In this document: positions 46,341 to 60,511 of the stretch, in pieces
Layout: each line of letters starts with the position of its first letter
How positions within the stretch are numbered: position 1 is the stretch's first letter
Source: Octopus vulgaris
Taxonomy: Eukaryota
Reading direction: 5' to 3'
Length of the DNA stretch: 64,000 bases
Assembly: GCA_951406725.2 (NCBI GenBank)
Contig: OX597839.1
Location: forward strand, 26,102,001-26,166,000
Notes under the pieces: model-generated
What the model was told of the DNA's origin: nothing
Databases searched by the model: none
What the model saw: only the letters and a program-made list of their open reading frames with translations
Made by a program: the position numbers and the translations under genes

Positions 46341-49300
46341 AGTGACAGATACAACAGCAACAGCATATATATATACATATACACACATATATGTATGTAT
46401 ATATAATATACGTGTAAAAGGGAAGGCCACTGACCAAGGAAGGTTAACACCGCATAAATTCTTTTTCCTCGAAAGCTGTAGCAGATGAAGTGTTTCGAGA
46501 CACAAAGAAGGAAACAAACTAGCAGTAAATACACACACACACACTTTAGAAAGGAGGAGATACCGTTAAGTACCAAAGTTCAACCGATCATTTAAAGTCA
46601 AGTAGACAAGCGACTGTACTACTATCAACACCACCAATTTTACATATATATATTTTTTTTTTCCTTTTTTTTTCTTTTACTTGTTTCAGTCATTTGACTG
46701 CAGCCATGCTGGAGCACCGCCTTTAGTCGAGCAAATCGACCCCGGGACTTATTCTTTGTAAGCCCAGTACTTATTCTATCGGTCTCTTTTGCCAAACCGC
46801 TAAGTGACGGGGACGTAAACACACCAGCATCGGTTGTCAAGCAATGCTAGAGGGACAAACACAGCCACACTAACATATACACACGCATACATACATATAT
46901 ATATACATATATACGACGGGCTTCTTTCAGTTTCCGTCTACCAAATCCACTCACAAGGCTTTGGTCGGCCCGAGGCTATAGCAGAAGACACTTGCCCAAG
47001 ATGCCACGCAGTGGGACTGAACCCGGAACCATGTGGTTGGTTAGCAAGCTACTTACCACACAGCCACTCCTGCGCCTATATATATATATATATATATATA
47101 TCTATCATCATCATCATCATTTAGTGTCCGTTTTCCATGGTTCAACTGGGGTCTGTGAAGCTGGAAGGCTTCGTCAGGCCCAGTTAGATCTGGCAGTGTT
47201 TCTACGGCTGGAAGCCCTTCCTAACGCCAACCACTCCATGAGTGTAGTGGGTGTTTTTTACGTGCCACCTGCACAGGTGCCAGACACAGCTGGCAAACGG
47301 CCACGAACGGATGGTGCTTTTACAGTATATGGAACACCAGTAGAGAAGACAAATTATGAAGTATTGTAAACAATTTGCATATGCAATCCAGTAGGTAATC
47401 ATTTTTATTTATGATCCACAACTATTAATAACGATGGGGTAACGAGGCATTGAAACTAAAGCAATAGATATGTAATAATGGCTATTTTGAAGTATGTGAA
47501 GCGGTTATGAAATTCGGTGAAATTGTTGAGATAAAGAGGATAAAAGTGGGAAAATGGACGACTAGAAATATTTGTGAATGTTTACGAAATCAATTTTTGA
47601 TAAGAATGATTGGGTAATTGGAAATAATTTCAGAATCGTTGAAAATAACAATCATCATTGTCGTCACCAATATTGTTTGTTTTCATGCTTGTGTAGGTCA
47701 GAGGGGATTCGTTGAGGCGGATATTCTACAGCCAGATGATGGAAGCACTCCGTCGGTTACGACGACGAGGGTTCCGGTTGATCCGAATCAACGGAACAGC
47801 CTGCTCGTGAAATTAACGTGTAAGTGGCTGAGCACTCCACAGACACGTGCACCCTTAACGTAGTTCTCGGGGATATTCAGCGTGACACAGAGAGTGACAA
47901 GGCCGGCCCCTTGAAATACAGGTACAACAGAAACAAGAAGTAAGAGTGAGAGAAAGTTGTGGTGAAAGAGTACAACAGAGATCACCACCATCCCTGCCGG
48001 AGTCTCGTGGAGCTTTAGGTGTTTTCGCTCAATAAACACTCACAACGCCCGGTCTGGGAATCGAAGCTGCGATCCTATGACTGCAAGTCCGCTGCCCTAA
48101 CCACTGCGCCATTGCGCCTCCACTCCTACAGCCAGATACACTTGTCACTAAAACCTTCATCGATTTCCAAATAAGGTAATATTTCACCATGGCTAAAAAT
48201 GAAAGATTCTGCTTGTGTGGACAAACGGCACTCGCAATCGCCACCTAACATCAAGACAAGGAGACATACACCCGAGCACAACAGACTTATAATCTCAGAA
48301 TGATCGAGAATAGACATCATCATCATCATCATCATCATCACCATAACCACTGTGGTTGTCATCAAGGTTGTTTTTACATCCACTTTTCCATGTTTGCATG
48401 GGTTAGAAGGAATTCATTGGGGCAAATATTCTACCACCAGAGACCCATCCTGCCACTAATCTTCACCTATTTCCAAATGCCTTAACATTTCCCCTTGGCT
48501 AAATACTTCCACAGAGGACTGCAAACAAACGACACCGCTTGTATAACAATGGCACTCACAACTCTCATGTAACATCCAGACAAGAAGACAACATACATGC
48601 ACAAACAGGCTTTTTTCAGATTCTTATTTCTTTATTGCCCACAAGGGGCTAAACATAGAGGGGACAAACAAGGACAGACAAAGGGCTTAAGTCGGTTACA
48701 TCGACTCCAGTGCGTAACTGGTACTTAATTTATCGAGCCCCGAAAGGATGAAAGGCAAAGTCGACCTCGGTGGAATTTGAACTCAGAATGTAGCGACGGG
48801 CGTAATACAGTGAAGCATTTCGCCCGGCGTGCTAACGTTTCTGCCAGCTCACCGCTTTTTTCAGATTCTGTCCTACCAAATCCACTCACAATGCTCTGTT
48901 CCCCCCGGGGCCCTATAATAGAAGGCATTCGCCCAAAGTGCTAAGCAGAGGGATTGAACCTGAAACCATTTATTTAGGAAGGTAATATTTGGTGACTAAT
49001 TGCTCAACTCTCTGCAGGAAAGGTTAAAACTAAGAGGTTTGTCTGTCACAGCCATCGAGTATTTCGTGATTGTTGAGTAATCTCCATTGAGGAGGAAACC
49101 CTGTTGGGAACCCATTGAGGTCTGTAAAACCGGGTTGGTGCTGGTTTACTTACAATCTGAGAGATAGAAGATACTCAGAGTCACTCCAGGAGAGTACAAA
49201 GACATTGGTGAAGCCAATCGCAAATGATAATATCCACACACACAAATACACACACATATATATATAGGCGCAGGAGTGGCTGTGTGGTAAGTAGCTTGTT

Positions 49301-50394
49301 TACCAACCACATGGTTCCGGGTTCAGTCCCACTGCGTGGCATCTTGGGCAAGTGTCTTCTACTATAGCCTCGGGCCGACCAAAGCCTTGTGAGTGGATTT
49401 GGTAGACAGAAACTGAAAGAAGCCTGTCGTATATATGTATATATATATATATATATATGTTTGTGTGTCTGTGTTTGTCCCCCTAGCATTGCTTGACAAC
49501 CGATGCTGGTGTGTTTATGTCCCCGTAACTTAGTAGTTCGGCAAAAGAGACCGATAGAATAAGTACTGGGCTTACAAAGAATAAGTCCCGGGGTCGAGTT
49601 GCTCGATTAAAGGCGGTGCTCCAGCATGGCCACAGTCAAATGATTGAAACAAAGAAAAAAAATATATATATATATATACACACATACACACGCACACATA
49701 TATACACACAGGTGGCGAGCTGGCAGAGACGTTAGCACGCCGGGTGAAGTGCTTCGCGGTATTTCGCCCGTCGCTACGTTCTGAGTTCAAATTCCGCCGA
49801 GGTCGACTTTGCCTTTCATCCTTTCAGGGTCGATAAATTAAGTACCAGTTACGCACTGGGGTCGATGTAATCGACTTAATCCGTGTGTCTGTCCTTGTTT
49901 GTCCCCTCTGTGTTTAACCCCTTGTGGGTAGTAAAGAAACGTATATACACACATACATACATACACACATTAACAGGGTAGGGTTTGGTCGGAAGCAGAT
50001 GTCAAATTGTAGTAAACAACCACCGCCACACGATGGCAATATCTAAACTAAATGGTAACCTAACACTATATTGTCTGGTTGATTCTCCACTTTGGAGCCT
50101 GACACACAAAAAGAAAAAGAAAAAAACGGCCAGAACTGATAGCTCTCAGAAATAGTTACATATATTTAATAAACTATTCCTTAATGACCAAGTTGTGTAA
50201 TAAGTAGTTTGATATTGGATCAAGGTGGCTGGGGGGTGAGTGAACAAAGAACTGGCCTAGATTCCTCTGTTTTATTTACTGCAGTCGGCACTGGATTAAC
50301 CATTAAGCTAAATAAGCATGGACTTAGGGCCTCAAAGAAATGGAGAAAGCACAGGAACGGTAAATGGTTCATGGCACAAAAGAAATCACTTTAA

Positions 50395-50615
50395 CCCTTT
50401 CGTTACCAACCTGGCTGAAACCGGCTCTGGCTCTGAGTACAAATATCTTGTTTGCATAAGTTTTGGATAAAAATCTGCCACCAAACCTTAGTCACAATTT
50501 ATGTTCCTAACACTAGCTTAATGGTAACTAAGTTATTTTACTAAATTCTTTGTTATATTTATAATTAATTGAAAGAAACACAGAGCATCTCAAAATTAAT
50601 ACAGTAACGAAAGGG
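50395..50615. mobile_element. Uninterrupted 221-bp piggyBac MITE
   Basis: TTAA-CCCTTTCGTTAC ... GTAACGAAAGGG-TTAA. Confidence 0.92.
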
Positions 50616-50786
50616 TTAACCCTTAGCACACTTAGATGAATTGTAACACTGGGTCTATTTGCGACCCTCTAGCTACAGATGCATTGTGTCACATTGAGAA
50701 TCTTCTTGAACCGTTTTTGGTGCCAACACTCTTTGCAAAGACTCACATGTCTCACCCTCTCGCCATGCAGAATGTTGGGGCTGATG

Positions 50787-51143
50787 GATGGTTCCAGATG
50801 TTTGTGCAACGGTCAGTCTATTAAGCTACCGATCAGTATGAAGCCATTGCATAATTCAATCTTCTTGAGTCCTATAAAGAGCCGCTTTTAAGTGCTCACA
50901 CTCTTTGCTGAGTGTTAAGGCAGCTGTGCAAGATGTGCCTCCATTCTTGCCACACCAGATGGTTCCAGATGTTTGTGCAACGGTCAGTCTATTAAGCTAC
51001 CGATCAGTATGAAGCCATTGCATAATTCAATCTTCTTGAGTCCTATAAAGAGCCGCTTTTAAGTGCTCACACTCTTTGCTGAGTGTTAAGGCAGCTGTGC
51101 AAGATGTGCCTCCATTCTTCCCACACCAGATGGTTCCAGATGT
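50787..51143. repeat. 171-bp tandem duplication (two units plus a partial third)
   Basis: GATGGTTCCAGATG starts at 50787, 50958 and 51129. Confidence 0.93.
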
Positions 51144-52916
51144 CTGTGCAGCAGACATCTCCAGGTTCTTGAACAGACTGAACTAAACATTCACAAAACA
51201 TCACATAAGTAACTTCTTCGAAGGCGGCGTAATTCTTCCTTCCTTCTCCGTTGTTGTTACCTGTAAATGGCCTAAGCAGTTTGCCTTTAAGTGCAACAAT
51301 AAAATCTTAAAAGTTCACGCATGTTGTTCAGCCACGTCTTTCCACAACCAACAACGATTACAAGCCTTAAACGTCCCAGCATTAACAAAGTTCCAGCACA
51401 GGGACAGAAAGCTCGGCAAATTCTAGCAGAGATCTTCAGATTTCAAACCTCACCTCTTTTACTCTTTTACTTGTTTCAGTCATTTGACTGCGGCCATGCT
51501 GGAGCACCACCTTTAGTCGAGCAAATTGACCCCCAGGACTTATTCTTTTTGTAAGCCCAGTACTTATTCTATTGGTCTCTTTTGCCGAACAGCTAAGTGA
51601 CGGGGACGTAAACACACCAGCATCGGTTGTCAAGCAATGCTAGGGGGACAAACACAGACACACAAACACACACATCATCATCGTTTAACGTCCGCTTTCC
51701 ATGCTAGCATGGGCTGGATGGTTCAACTGGGGTCTGGCAAGCTCGAAGGCTGCACCAGGCCAGTCAGATCTGGCAGTGTTTCTACAGCTGGATGCCCTTC
51801 CTAACGCCAACCACTCCGAGAGTGTAGTGGGTGATTTTATGTGCCACCTTCACAGGTGCCAGACGAGGCTGGCAGACGGCCACGCTCGGATGGTGTTTTT
51901 ATGTGCCACCAACACAGGTGCCAGACAAGGCTGGCAGACGGCCACGCTCGGATGGTGCACATATATATATATATATATACGACAGGCTTCTTTCAGTTTC
52001 CGTCTACCAAATCCACTCACAAGGCATTGGTCGGCTCGGGGCTATAGCAGAAGACACTTGCCCAAGATGCCACGCAGTGCGACTGAACCCGGAACCATGT
52101 GGTTGGTAAGCAAGCTACTTACCACACAGCCACTCCTGCGCCTGCTCATTTTATTTACCATCTGCCAGTGCTGTTTATGCAAGTTAATAACGATAATAAA
52201 TAACAGGTTGGTCTATACTGCTGCTACCAGGTGGTTAGAGGTACTTGGCATTATCTTGTTTTTCAAATGACCTAGCTCTGTTACCTGAATTTACAGGTAG
52301 TCAAATTGTCAGTGAAATTCTGAAGACAGTACTTAGATCTACACGCAAGCGCTATCGCTATTAATAAACACATCCATCCACTTAATGACTTTAAAAAGTT
52401 ACCAGAGAGATTTTTTTAAGAAAATCTTATCTTTTTTTCTCTCTAAAGAACTGATAAGCCAAGATTAATTTCAAGACCTCAACAGGTGTGTGTGTGTTCT
52501 CAGTTCCATTGTTTGGTTTTCCGTTAACAATGAAAGACAGGAGCAAACTAAGGCAGAAGATATCTGTTACCTGTGCTGTTCAACAGAGATGAATGTTGAA
52601 AATACACAGCTGTAAGCCAGGAATCATATACAAACAACAACAACATTAACAGCAGCATCCTCTACTATCAAATATCATCCCACTTCATTGCTACAACATA
52701 ACTTCCATTTCCTGCACTTGCGAAAGCCAGATTGGTAAGTCTGTTGAAACAGAATCTTCACAGCTGAATTCTAAACAGCCACATGGAAGATGGTGTAGTG
52801 AGAGTTCTGGTTAAGTAAGACAGGATTCCAGCAGCTGTCTTAGACTTCAAGAAGAAACCTCTGTTCACTGTTGGAGTTGTTCACAAGAACCAAATCTCTT
52901 TTCATTTGCTTTTCAC

Positions 52917-53230
52917 ATAATAATAATAATAATAATAATAATTGTGTACAGTGCTCAGGTGCACTACAACTCATCTAAAGTGTATATATAATCAGGTGTA
53001 GTTTCGGCGGATTTCGGAAAGCATGAGGGCCTTAAAGGATGCAGTGTCATGGCAGTCAACAACTGATGCAGGCAGTTTGTTCCATGCTTCAGCAACTCCT
53101 AGCATGAAAAAATGTTTCTGAAAGTCATGGGAGCTGTGTTGTTTTCTGACTTTGTAGGCATGTCCACGGGTGTTAGACGGGTGGAGATGAAAAAGGTGTT
53201 CAGTGTTGTTGTTGGTGAGGTGGTTGATAA
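52917..53230 (-). mobile_element. CR1-like LINE 3' end (second family) with (ATT)n tail
   Basis: The minus strand reads SNTRGHAYKVRKQHSSHDFQKHFF..GVAEAWNKLPASVV......SFK, followed by a stop, UTR and (ATT)n. Confidence 0.82.
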
Positions 53231-54289
53231 CATGTTTTCAATCATTTGGACTGCGACCATGCTGGGGCACCACCTTAAAGGGTTTTGGTTGAACAAATCA
53301 AACCTTGGTACTTACTTTTAAAACTGGTATGCATTCCATCAGCTCTTTTGCTGAGCTGCTAAGTCATGGGGACATAAACAAACCAACATTGATTGTCAAG
53401 TGATAGTGGGAGACAAACACAAAGTCACGAACATAAACAAATCCACACACACACACAAGTACAGGAAAGTTCATAAATGCTGCTAGGCGCAAGAGTGGCT
53501 GTGTGGTAAGTAGCTTGCTAACCAACCACATGGTTCTGGGTTCAGTCCCACTGCGTGGCATCTTGGGCAAGTGTCTTCTGCTATAGCCTTGGACCAACCA
53601 AAGCTTTATAAGCAGATGTGGTAGACGGAAACTGAAAGAAGCCTGTCGTATATATGTATATATATATATAAGTGTGTGTGTATATGTTTGTGTGTCTGTG
53701 TCTGTCCCTCTAGCATGGATTCAGCTGATGGAAAATGAGAGTAGCCTGCTGTGTGTGAGGTGTGGGTGGATTTGGGGTGTGGGTGGATTTGGGGTGTGCC
53801 CTAGTCTTGGGATAAATCGATGGTTGTAAAGGAGCATCACTGTCACATAAGCGAGGTTGTTTGTTTCCAGTCTTTCATGAAAAACCTGTCTGGCTGGCCA
53901 CAAAGAAACTTAACCATGTTTTGGAAAACAGGTAAGCGTTGGCAACAGGAAAGGCATCCAGCTGTAGAAAAATAAAATCGGCCTCAGTAAATTCCACCTG
54001 ACCCATGCAAGCTTGGAAAAGTGGCCATTAAACGGCAATGACGGTGCTAATATTTTACAGAAGACAAAATCAAGGAGGACGAGATGAAGATTGGTTGGCA
54101 GGAGATGAGAGAGAGAAAGGGAGGGAGACAGGGCCCCCACCCCACTCTCTGGATACTGGTTGGGGGAGAGCAAGTGATTAGAACAAAGGAAGAATATGCA
54201 GAAGCCGCCATCAAGATAAGAATTACACAGTGAGGTTGAGGAGATGAGGCTGTCAACTTTATAATTGATGGCACAATACGTATATGTAT

Positions 54290-54441
54290 GAGTGTGTGTG
54301 TGTGAGAGCATGTGTGAGGTGTGAGAGAGTGTGTGTGTGAGAGTGTTTGTTTGTTTGTGTGTGAGTGTGTGTATGTGTGTGAGTGTGTGTATGTGTGTGA
54401 GTGTGTGTATGTGTGTGAGTGTGTGTATGTGTGTGAGTGAG

Positions 54442-54477
<36 letters not shown>

Positions 54478-54770
54478 TGTGAGAGTGTGAGTGTGAGTGT
54501 GTGTGAGAGTGTGTGTGAGAGAGAGTGTGTGTGTGAGAGAGAGAGTGTGTTTGTGTGTGTGTGAGAGAGTGTGTGTGTGTGTGTGTGAGTGTGTGTGTGT
54601 GTGCGCAAAAGAGAGCGCGTGAGAACATGTGCATGAATGTGAGGATGTACATGTGTGAGAGCATGTGCTTGAGCAAGTATGCGTGTGTGAGCATGTGCGT
54701 GTGTGAGCATATGCGAGTGTGAGAGTATGTGCGTCTGTGAGAGCATATGCATGTGTGAGCATGTGCGTGT
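54290..54770. repeat. Compound (GT)/(GA) microsatellite
   Basis: Direct reading. Confidence 0.95.
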
Positions 54771-56369
54771 CAGCAAGTATGTATTTCTTTACTACCCACA
54801 AGGGGCTAAACACAGAGGGGACAAACAAGGACAGACAAAGGGATTAAGTCGATTACATCGACCCCAGTGCGTAACTGGTACTTAATTTATCGACCCCGAA
54901 AGGATGAAAGGCAAAGTCGACCTCGGCGGAATTTGAACTCAGAACGTAACGACAGACGAAATACGGCTACGCATTTCGCCCGGCTTGCTAACGTTTCTGC
55001 CAGCTCGCCGTTAGCAAGTATTTGTGTGTGAGCACGTTGTGTGTGAATGTGCATGTTTTTACTTGTTTCAAGTCATTGGACTGCAGCCATGCATTCCAGT
55101 CGCAACCAGTGCACCACTTGACCTTCAGATGTCCTTCAGAAACTCAGAGAATTTAAGATATCAGTTATCAGAACAATAATCTGTTGCTATGATCAATAAG
55201 TTCTGACACAGGCCTAGGGCCACAGACTGCTTTTTTTTTTTTTTATGCAGAGGAGGTAACTGGCATGGTTGGTTACAATGACAAGGGTTCTAATTGACCC
55301 CTTCAATGCAACAGCCTGCTTGTGAAAGTGGCTGAGCACTCCTTCGATATTCTTTTATTCTTTCACTTGTTTCAGTCATTTGATTGCGGCCATGCTGGAG
55401 CACTGCCTTTAGTCAAACAAATTGACTCCAGGACATATTCTTTGTAAGAACAGTACTTATTCCATCGGTCTCTTTTGCCAAACTGCTAAGTAAACATACC
55501 AACATTGGTTGTCAAGCAATTGTAGTGCTGATGATGGCCACTGTGGCAGAAACATGTGTCCAAGAGACCTCTTATCTCCAGACAATAAGCCTGTCTGGAG
55601 ATAAGAGGAGAGTCTTGGACATGTTCCTACCTCGGTAGCCATCATCAGCATGTCAGTTTTAAAGAATACAAGATTTTTGAAATTATCTCCCCTTCTCAAG
55701 AGTCGTTGGTCTTAACTGTAGAGATAATTTAGGCGTGACTGTGTGGAAAGAAGCTCCCTTGCCAACCACATGGTTCCAAGTTCAGTCCCACTGTGTGGCA
55801 CCTTGGGCAAGTGTCTTCTACTATAATCTTAGAGCAACCAAAGCCTTGTGAATGGATTTGGTAGATGGAAACTGAAAGAAGCCTGTTGTGTATATGTGTG
55901 TCTTTGTTCCCTCACCATCACTTGACAACCGATGTTAGTGTTTATGACCCCGTAACTTAGCACTCTGGCAAAAGGGACTGATAGAGTAGGTACTAGGCTT
56001 ACAAAGAATAAGTCCTGGAGTTGATTTCTTTGACTTAAAAACCCTTAAACACAGTGCTCCAGCCTGACCGCTGTCAAATGACTGAAATGTATAGAAGAAT
56101 ATTATTTATGTTATTTGATAAAGCACTAGTGTCGGAGCCTTGTAAAAAGCACCCAGTACACTCTGTGGAGTGATTGGCATTAGGAGGGGCATCCAACCAT
56201 AGAAGTCAAGCCAAAACAGACAATGAAACCTGGTGTTACCCCTAGCCTTGCAGGTTCCTGTCAAGCTGTCCAACCCATGCCAGGATGGAAAACAGATGTT
56301 AAACGACGATGATGCATTTGTCTATGTTATTCAAAAATATGTCACTGGTCATTTTGAGTTATCTCTCTT

Positions 56370-56885
56370 AACTAAGCACTGTACGTAAGTGAAAGCAGGG
56401 TATTGCAGTCACTTGTCTGTGTGTTTGCAAAACTACTGGAAAACGGCTGAACAGATTTTCACTAAATTTGGCAGAAATACTCATGGGATGAGTGGCTCAA
56501 ACTCATTAAAGTTTGGTTTGATTATCTCCAAAACTGGTGGATGGGTGAATCAAAATGTTTTTCTTTTTTCTGTGTTTACATATGCATAGATGATAAGCAA
56601 GGGAAATAACTTTTGATGTAATTTTGCTGAAATATAATTTGTTCCAAGATTATTAAATTTTATTCTATCCTTGTGTGTGCACACGGTGTATACTGCCCAT
56701 CCCATACCATTTAAACAATTTTTGTTTATATCCATTCTCAACATGTTGTGACATATTCAAACAGGAATGAATTTTTGCTGTTAGATTTCATCCTGAAGAT
56801 GCAGAAATGTGTTAAAAATGGCAGTACACACAATTGTTTTTATAAGCCAAGGATTAAAGGGAAAGCCTGCTTTGGCAGGGCAGAC
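56370..56885 (+). mobile_element. Possible Helentron-type non-autonomous element (decayed)
   Basis: Core AAACGGCTGAACAGATTTTCACTAAATTTGGC after a TGTCTGTGTGT tract; terminal hairpin CCTGCTTTGGCAGG. Limits are approximate. Confidence 0.45.
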
Positions 56886-58954
56886 ATTAAGGGTGACTAA
56901 ATTGGAGAATGATGCACCACTAATTAAGGAAATTAAGTTGGAGGTTAACAAAATATTTTCATATTTTATTAGGCACCTAATTTAAATTCCAGAAATTATT
57001 TGGTTGTTTATCAACCAAAAGATAATGAATGAGGTTATTAGTTATAACGAGCAAAGGGTTTTGAAATATTCTGCTTTGACACTTCCCGGATTTATTCATG
57101 TCCAAGTTGCACTATTTCGTAAGTGATTTTAGATCAGTGAGCTATTTCTTGTGAATGATAGGTCTGGGACCCAGGCAACTGAAGAGAGTTATCAAAGAAA
57201 TATGCATGGTTGCTGAAACTAGATGGTTACAATTGATAAAAGACCACAAGTGGAACCCTTCTGTAGGTGAAGACTTGTTCAGTCCTCAGTGACCCTCTCA
57301 GGTGAGGCCACAAATGGAACCCTTCCATAGGTGAAGACTTGTTCTGTCCTCACTGCCCCCACTGATCTGGTCCCTGATGCCTGTCCTTAATATATCACCC
57401 CTACCTCATCAACCATTACACATTGTACAAATCAGTATTCTTAGAAACACACCATTGTGCAACGTCCTACTCCAAGCCTTATATTCACTGCACCAATCCC
57501 ACACATACCCCACAGCCCCACCCTACAGACTAGGGGTTGGTTCCCACACACCACATGCCCTTGCTGTATTTAATGAACCTGCTATATCTCCTCTGTAAGT
57601 GTTTTTTCTATTTTACCAATATTAATTAGAGCTTAATTAATTAGGAACAGAAATAAAAAATAAAACATTCTGATCGTTCAGACAAAAACTAAAATAATTG
57701 GAACATACAGTATGCCCTGCCTTCAGAAACTGAGGCCATACAGAACCAAATACCTGGACCATGTAGTATCATAAAGCTGAGGCCTATTGGCTGATGAATC
57801 CATTTTAGCTAATTCACAGGGTTTAGACAGGCCTTGTTAAGTGCACCAGAAGATTGCTTTCCTGCCATGTGGTCCCACATCCAGCCACATGGTACAGCAC
57901 CTTAGGCACTTGTCTTCTACAATAGAAACCATTCCATAGCAGACACGGAAGCACAATGCAGTCATTTGACCCATCAGATCCTGTCAAAATATCCTTCTCA
58001 GGACAGCATGGAACATTGATATTAAAATGAAGACGACTAACATTTTAGCTACAGGAGAATAAGAGATATTTATATGTATTCAACATAACTTTTTAAACAC
58101 AGACAGACAGACAGATAGACGGATGGTTCGATAGAGACAGGGATGGGAAAGTGTCTTCTACTATAGCCTTGAATATATATATTCTCTTATTTGTTTCAGT
58201 CATTTGACTGTGGCCATACTGGAGCACCGCATTTAGTTGAACAAATCGACCCCAGAACTTATTATTTGTAAGCCTAGTACTTATTCTATCGGTCTCTTTT
58301 GCCGAACTGCTAGGTTACAGGGACATAAACACACCAGCATCGGTTGTCAAGCGATGTTGGGGGGACAAACACAGACACGCAAACATACGCACATATATAC
58401 ATACATATATACGACAGGCTTCTTTCAGTTTCCGTCTACCAAATCCACTCACAAAGCTTTGGTCGGCCCGAGGCTATAGTAGAAGACACTTGCCCAAGGT
58501 GCCACGCAGTGGGACCGAACCCGGAACCATGTGGTTGGTAAGCAAGCTACTTACCACACATCCATCCATGGATGGATGGATGGCTAGATACATAGATAGA
58601 TGGATATATAGATAAATGGATACATAGAGTGGGGGAGAGAGAGAGAGCTATTATGAAACATATTCTTATGTTTAATGTGGCCATATTTCACAGAATGCAT
58701 TCCGAGAGTAAATGAAAGTCAGTGAAGTTGGTTCATGAGAAATAGGTTAACAGAAGCAATAAAATACATAAATAAATAAATAAATAAATGCTGCCACATC
58801 AGCTACATTTAATGAATAAGTAAATACATAAAAAATTAAACCCACCCACACACACACACACACACAAATGCAAGAGATAGAATTAGGCCGATAATGTTGA
58901 AATGCAAAGGAGTGTTCAGAAAGTGTGTATTTATGTGAGCATATTTGTGGTGTG

Positions 58955-58959
58955 ATAGA

Positions 58960-58990
<31 letters not shown>

Positions 58991-59204
58991 TGTGAGTGTG
59001 TGTGAGAGAGAGAGAGTGTGTGTGAGAGAGTGTGAGTGTGTGAGAGAGAGAGAGTGTGTGAGAGAGAGAGAGAGAGTGTGAGAGTGTGTGTAAGAGTGAG
59101 TGTGTGTGTGTGTGTGTGAGAGAGAGTGTGTGTGTAAGAGTGAGTGTGTGTGTGTGAGAGAGTGTGTGAGTGTGTGTGTGTGTGTGCGTGTGAGAGAGAG
59201 TGTG

Positions 59205-59240
<36 letters not shown>

Positions 59241-59961
59241 TGTGAGAGTGTGTGTGTGTGTGAGAGAAAGAGAGAGAGATTGTGTGTGTGTGTATGAGAG
59301 TGTGTGTGAGAGAGAGTGTCTGAGAGAGAGGGTGTACGAGAGAGTGTGTGTGTGTGTGAGTGAGAGAAAGAGAAAATGTGTGTGTGAGTGAAAGAAAGAG
59401 AGAATGTGTGTGTGTGTGTGTGTGTGTGTGTGAGTGAAAGAAAGAGAGAATGTGTGTGTGTGTGAGAGAGAGGGAGAGAGAGAGATGGCCACAGTTGTGA
59501 GAGAAGCATCATCCCCAAAGTGGTTTCGTTATAGAAGAGACAAAAGAGAGGGGACGGAATTGTGGGGGAGACAAAATGCATCAGAATGCTTCAAATCTTG
59601 TACACGTTACACACACACACCTGTTTAGTGCTTCCAGATGCAACACAGCAACTAAAAAGTGCTAAAATGCTGGTGAAGTGTGTGTGTGTGTGTGTTCCAT
59701 TGACCCAACACCTCCAATAGAAACTGTGTTACCAGAATGAATTGATGACAAGCAGGACAAGGACACAAAGCAGAGATAAGAAAGTTCATTATTTTACAGC
59801 CAGGTTTTTACCCTACAAAATCTCAAGAATGCTTTCAGCTTTTGCTATTTTTATAGCTTTCTATGGCCTCACTTCTGCGCCAATATGTGTACGTGTGTGT
59901 ATTGGTATGTGAGTGTGTCATTGTGTGTGTGAGTGTGTGTGTGTGTGTCATTGTGTGTGTC

Positions 59962-60009
<48 letters not shown>

Positions 60010-60125
60010 ATTGTCTGTGTGTGTGAGTGTGTCATTGTGTGTGTGTGTGTGTGTGTTTGTGTGTGTGTCATTGTGTGTGTGTGTGTCACTGTCTGTGTGT
60101 ATGAGTGTGTCATTGTGTGTGTGTG
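58955..60125. repeat. Compound (GT)/(GA) tract (58955-59485) and (GT)n-CATT tract (59890-60125)
   Basis: Direct reading. Confidence 0.93.
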
Positions 60126-60511
60126 TAAAAGGCCACTGAATATCAATCAAGGTCAACCGTTAATCATTAAACTCGTTGTTCTAACAGTAAATGGTTGAAA
60201 TTAATTTATGCTTCCCTCCTCCGATCTTGTTGTAGATGGTTGTTTAGCTCCAGCTAAGTGCTGATTGAGTAAACCTAGGCTTTCCAGACACGACCATCCA
60301 TCCTATCTTATCCTCTATGCAAGGTATCCACAACCATATTTTCCAATGTGTCTTTTTTTTTTCGTACAAGGTGGTATGGTATAATTTGAGGGATATTTAG
60401 CTACTGTTTCTAGCAACCATGTAGTGGCTCCATAATAAACTCATCTCCCTGCAGTTACCTAATTCTCCCTCCCTCCAGAATTTCAGGCCTTGGACCTACA
60501 GAAGAAAGGGT

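Noticed and set aside
49980-50200. Possible promoter (CGGAAG, GATGGC words)
   Set aside because: Only short common motifs, with no CpG-rich stretch or linked exon identifiable.
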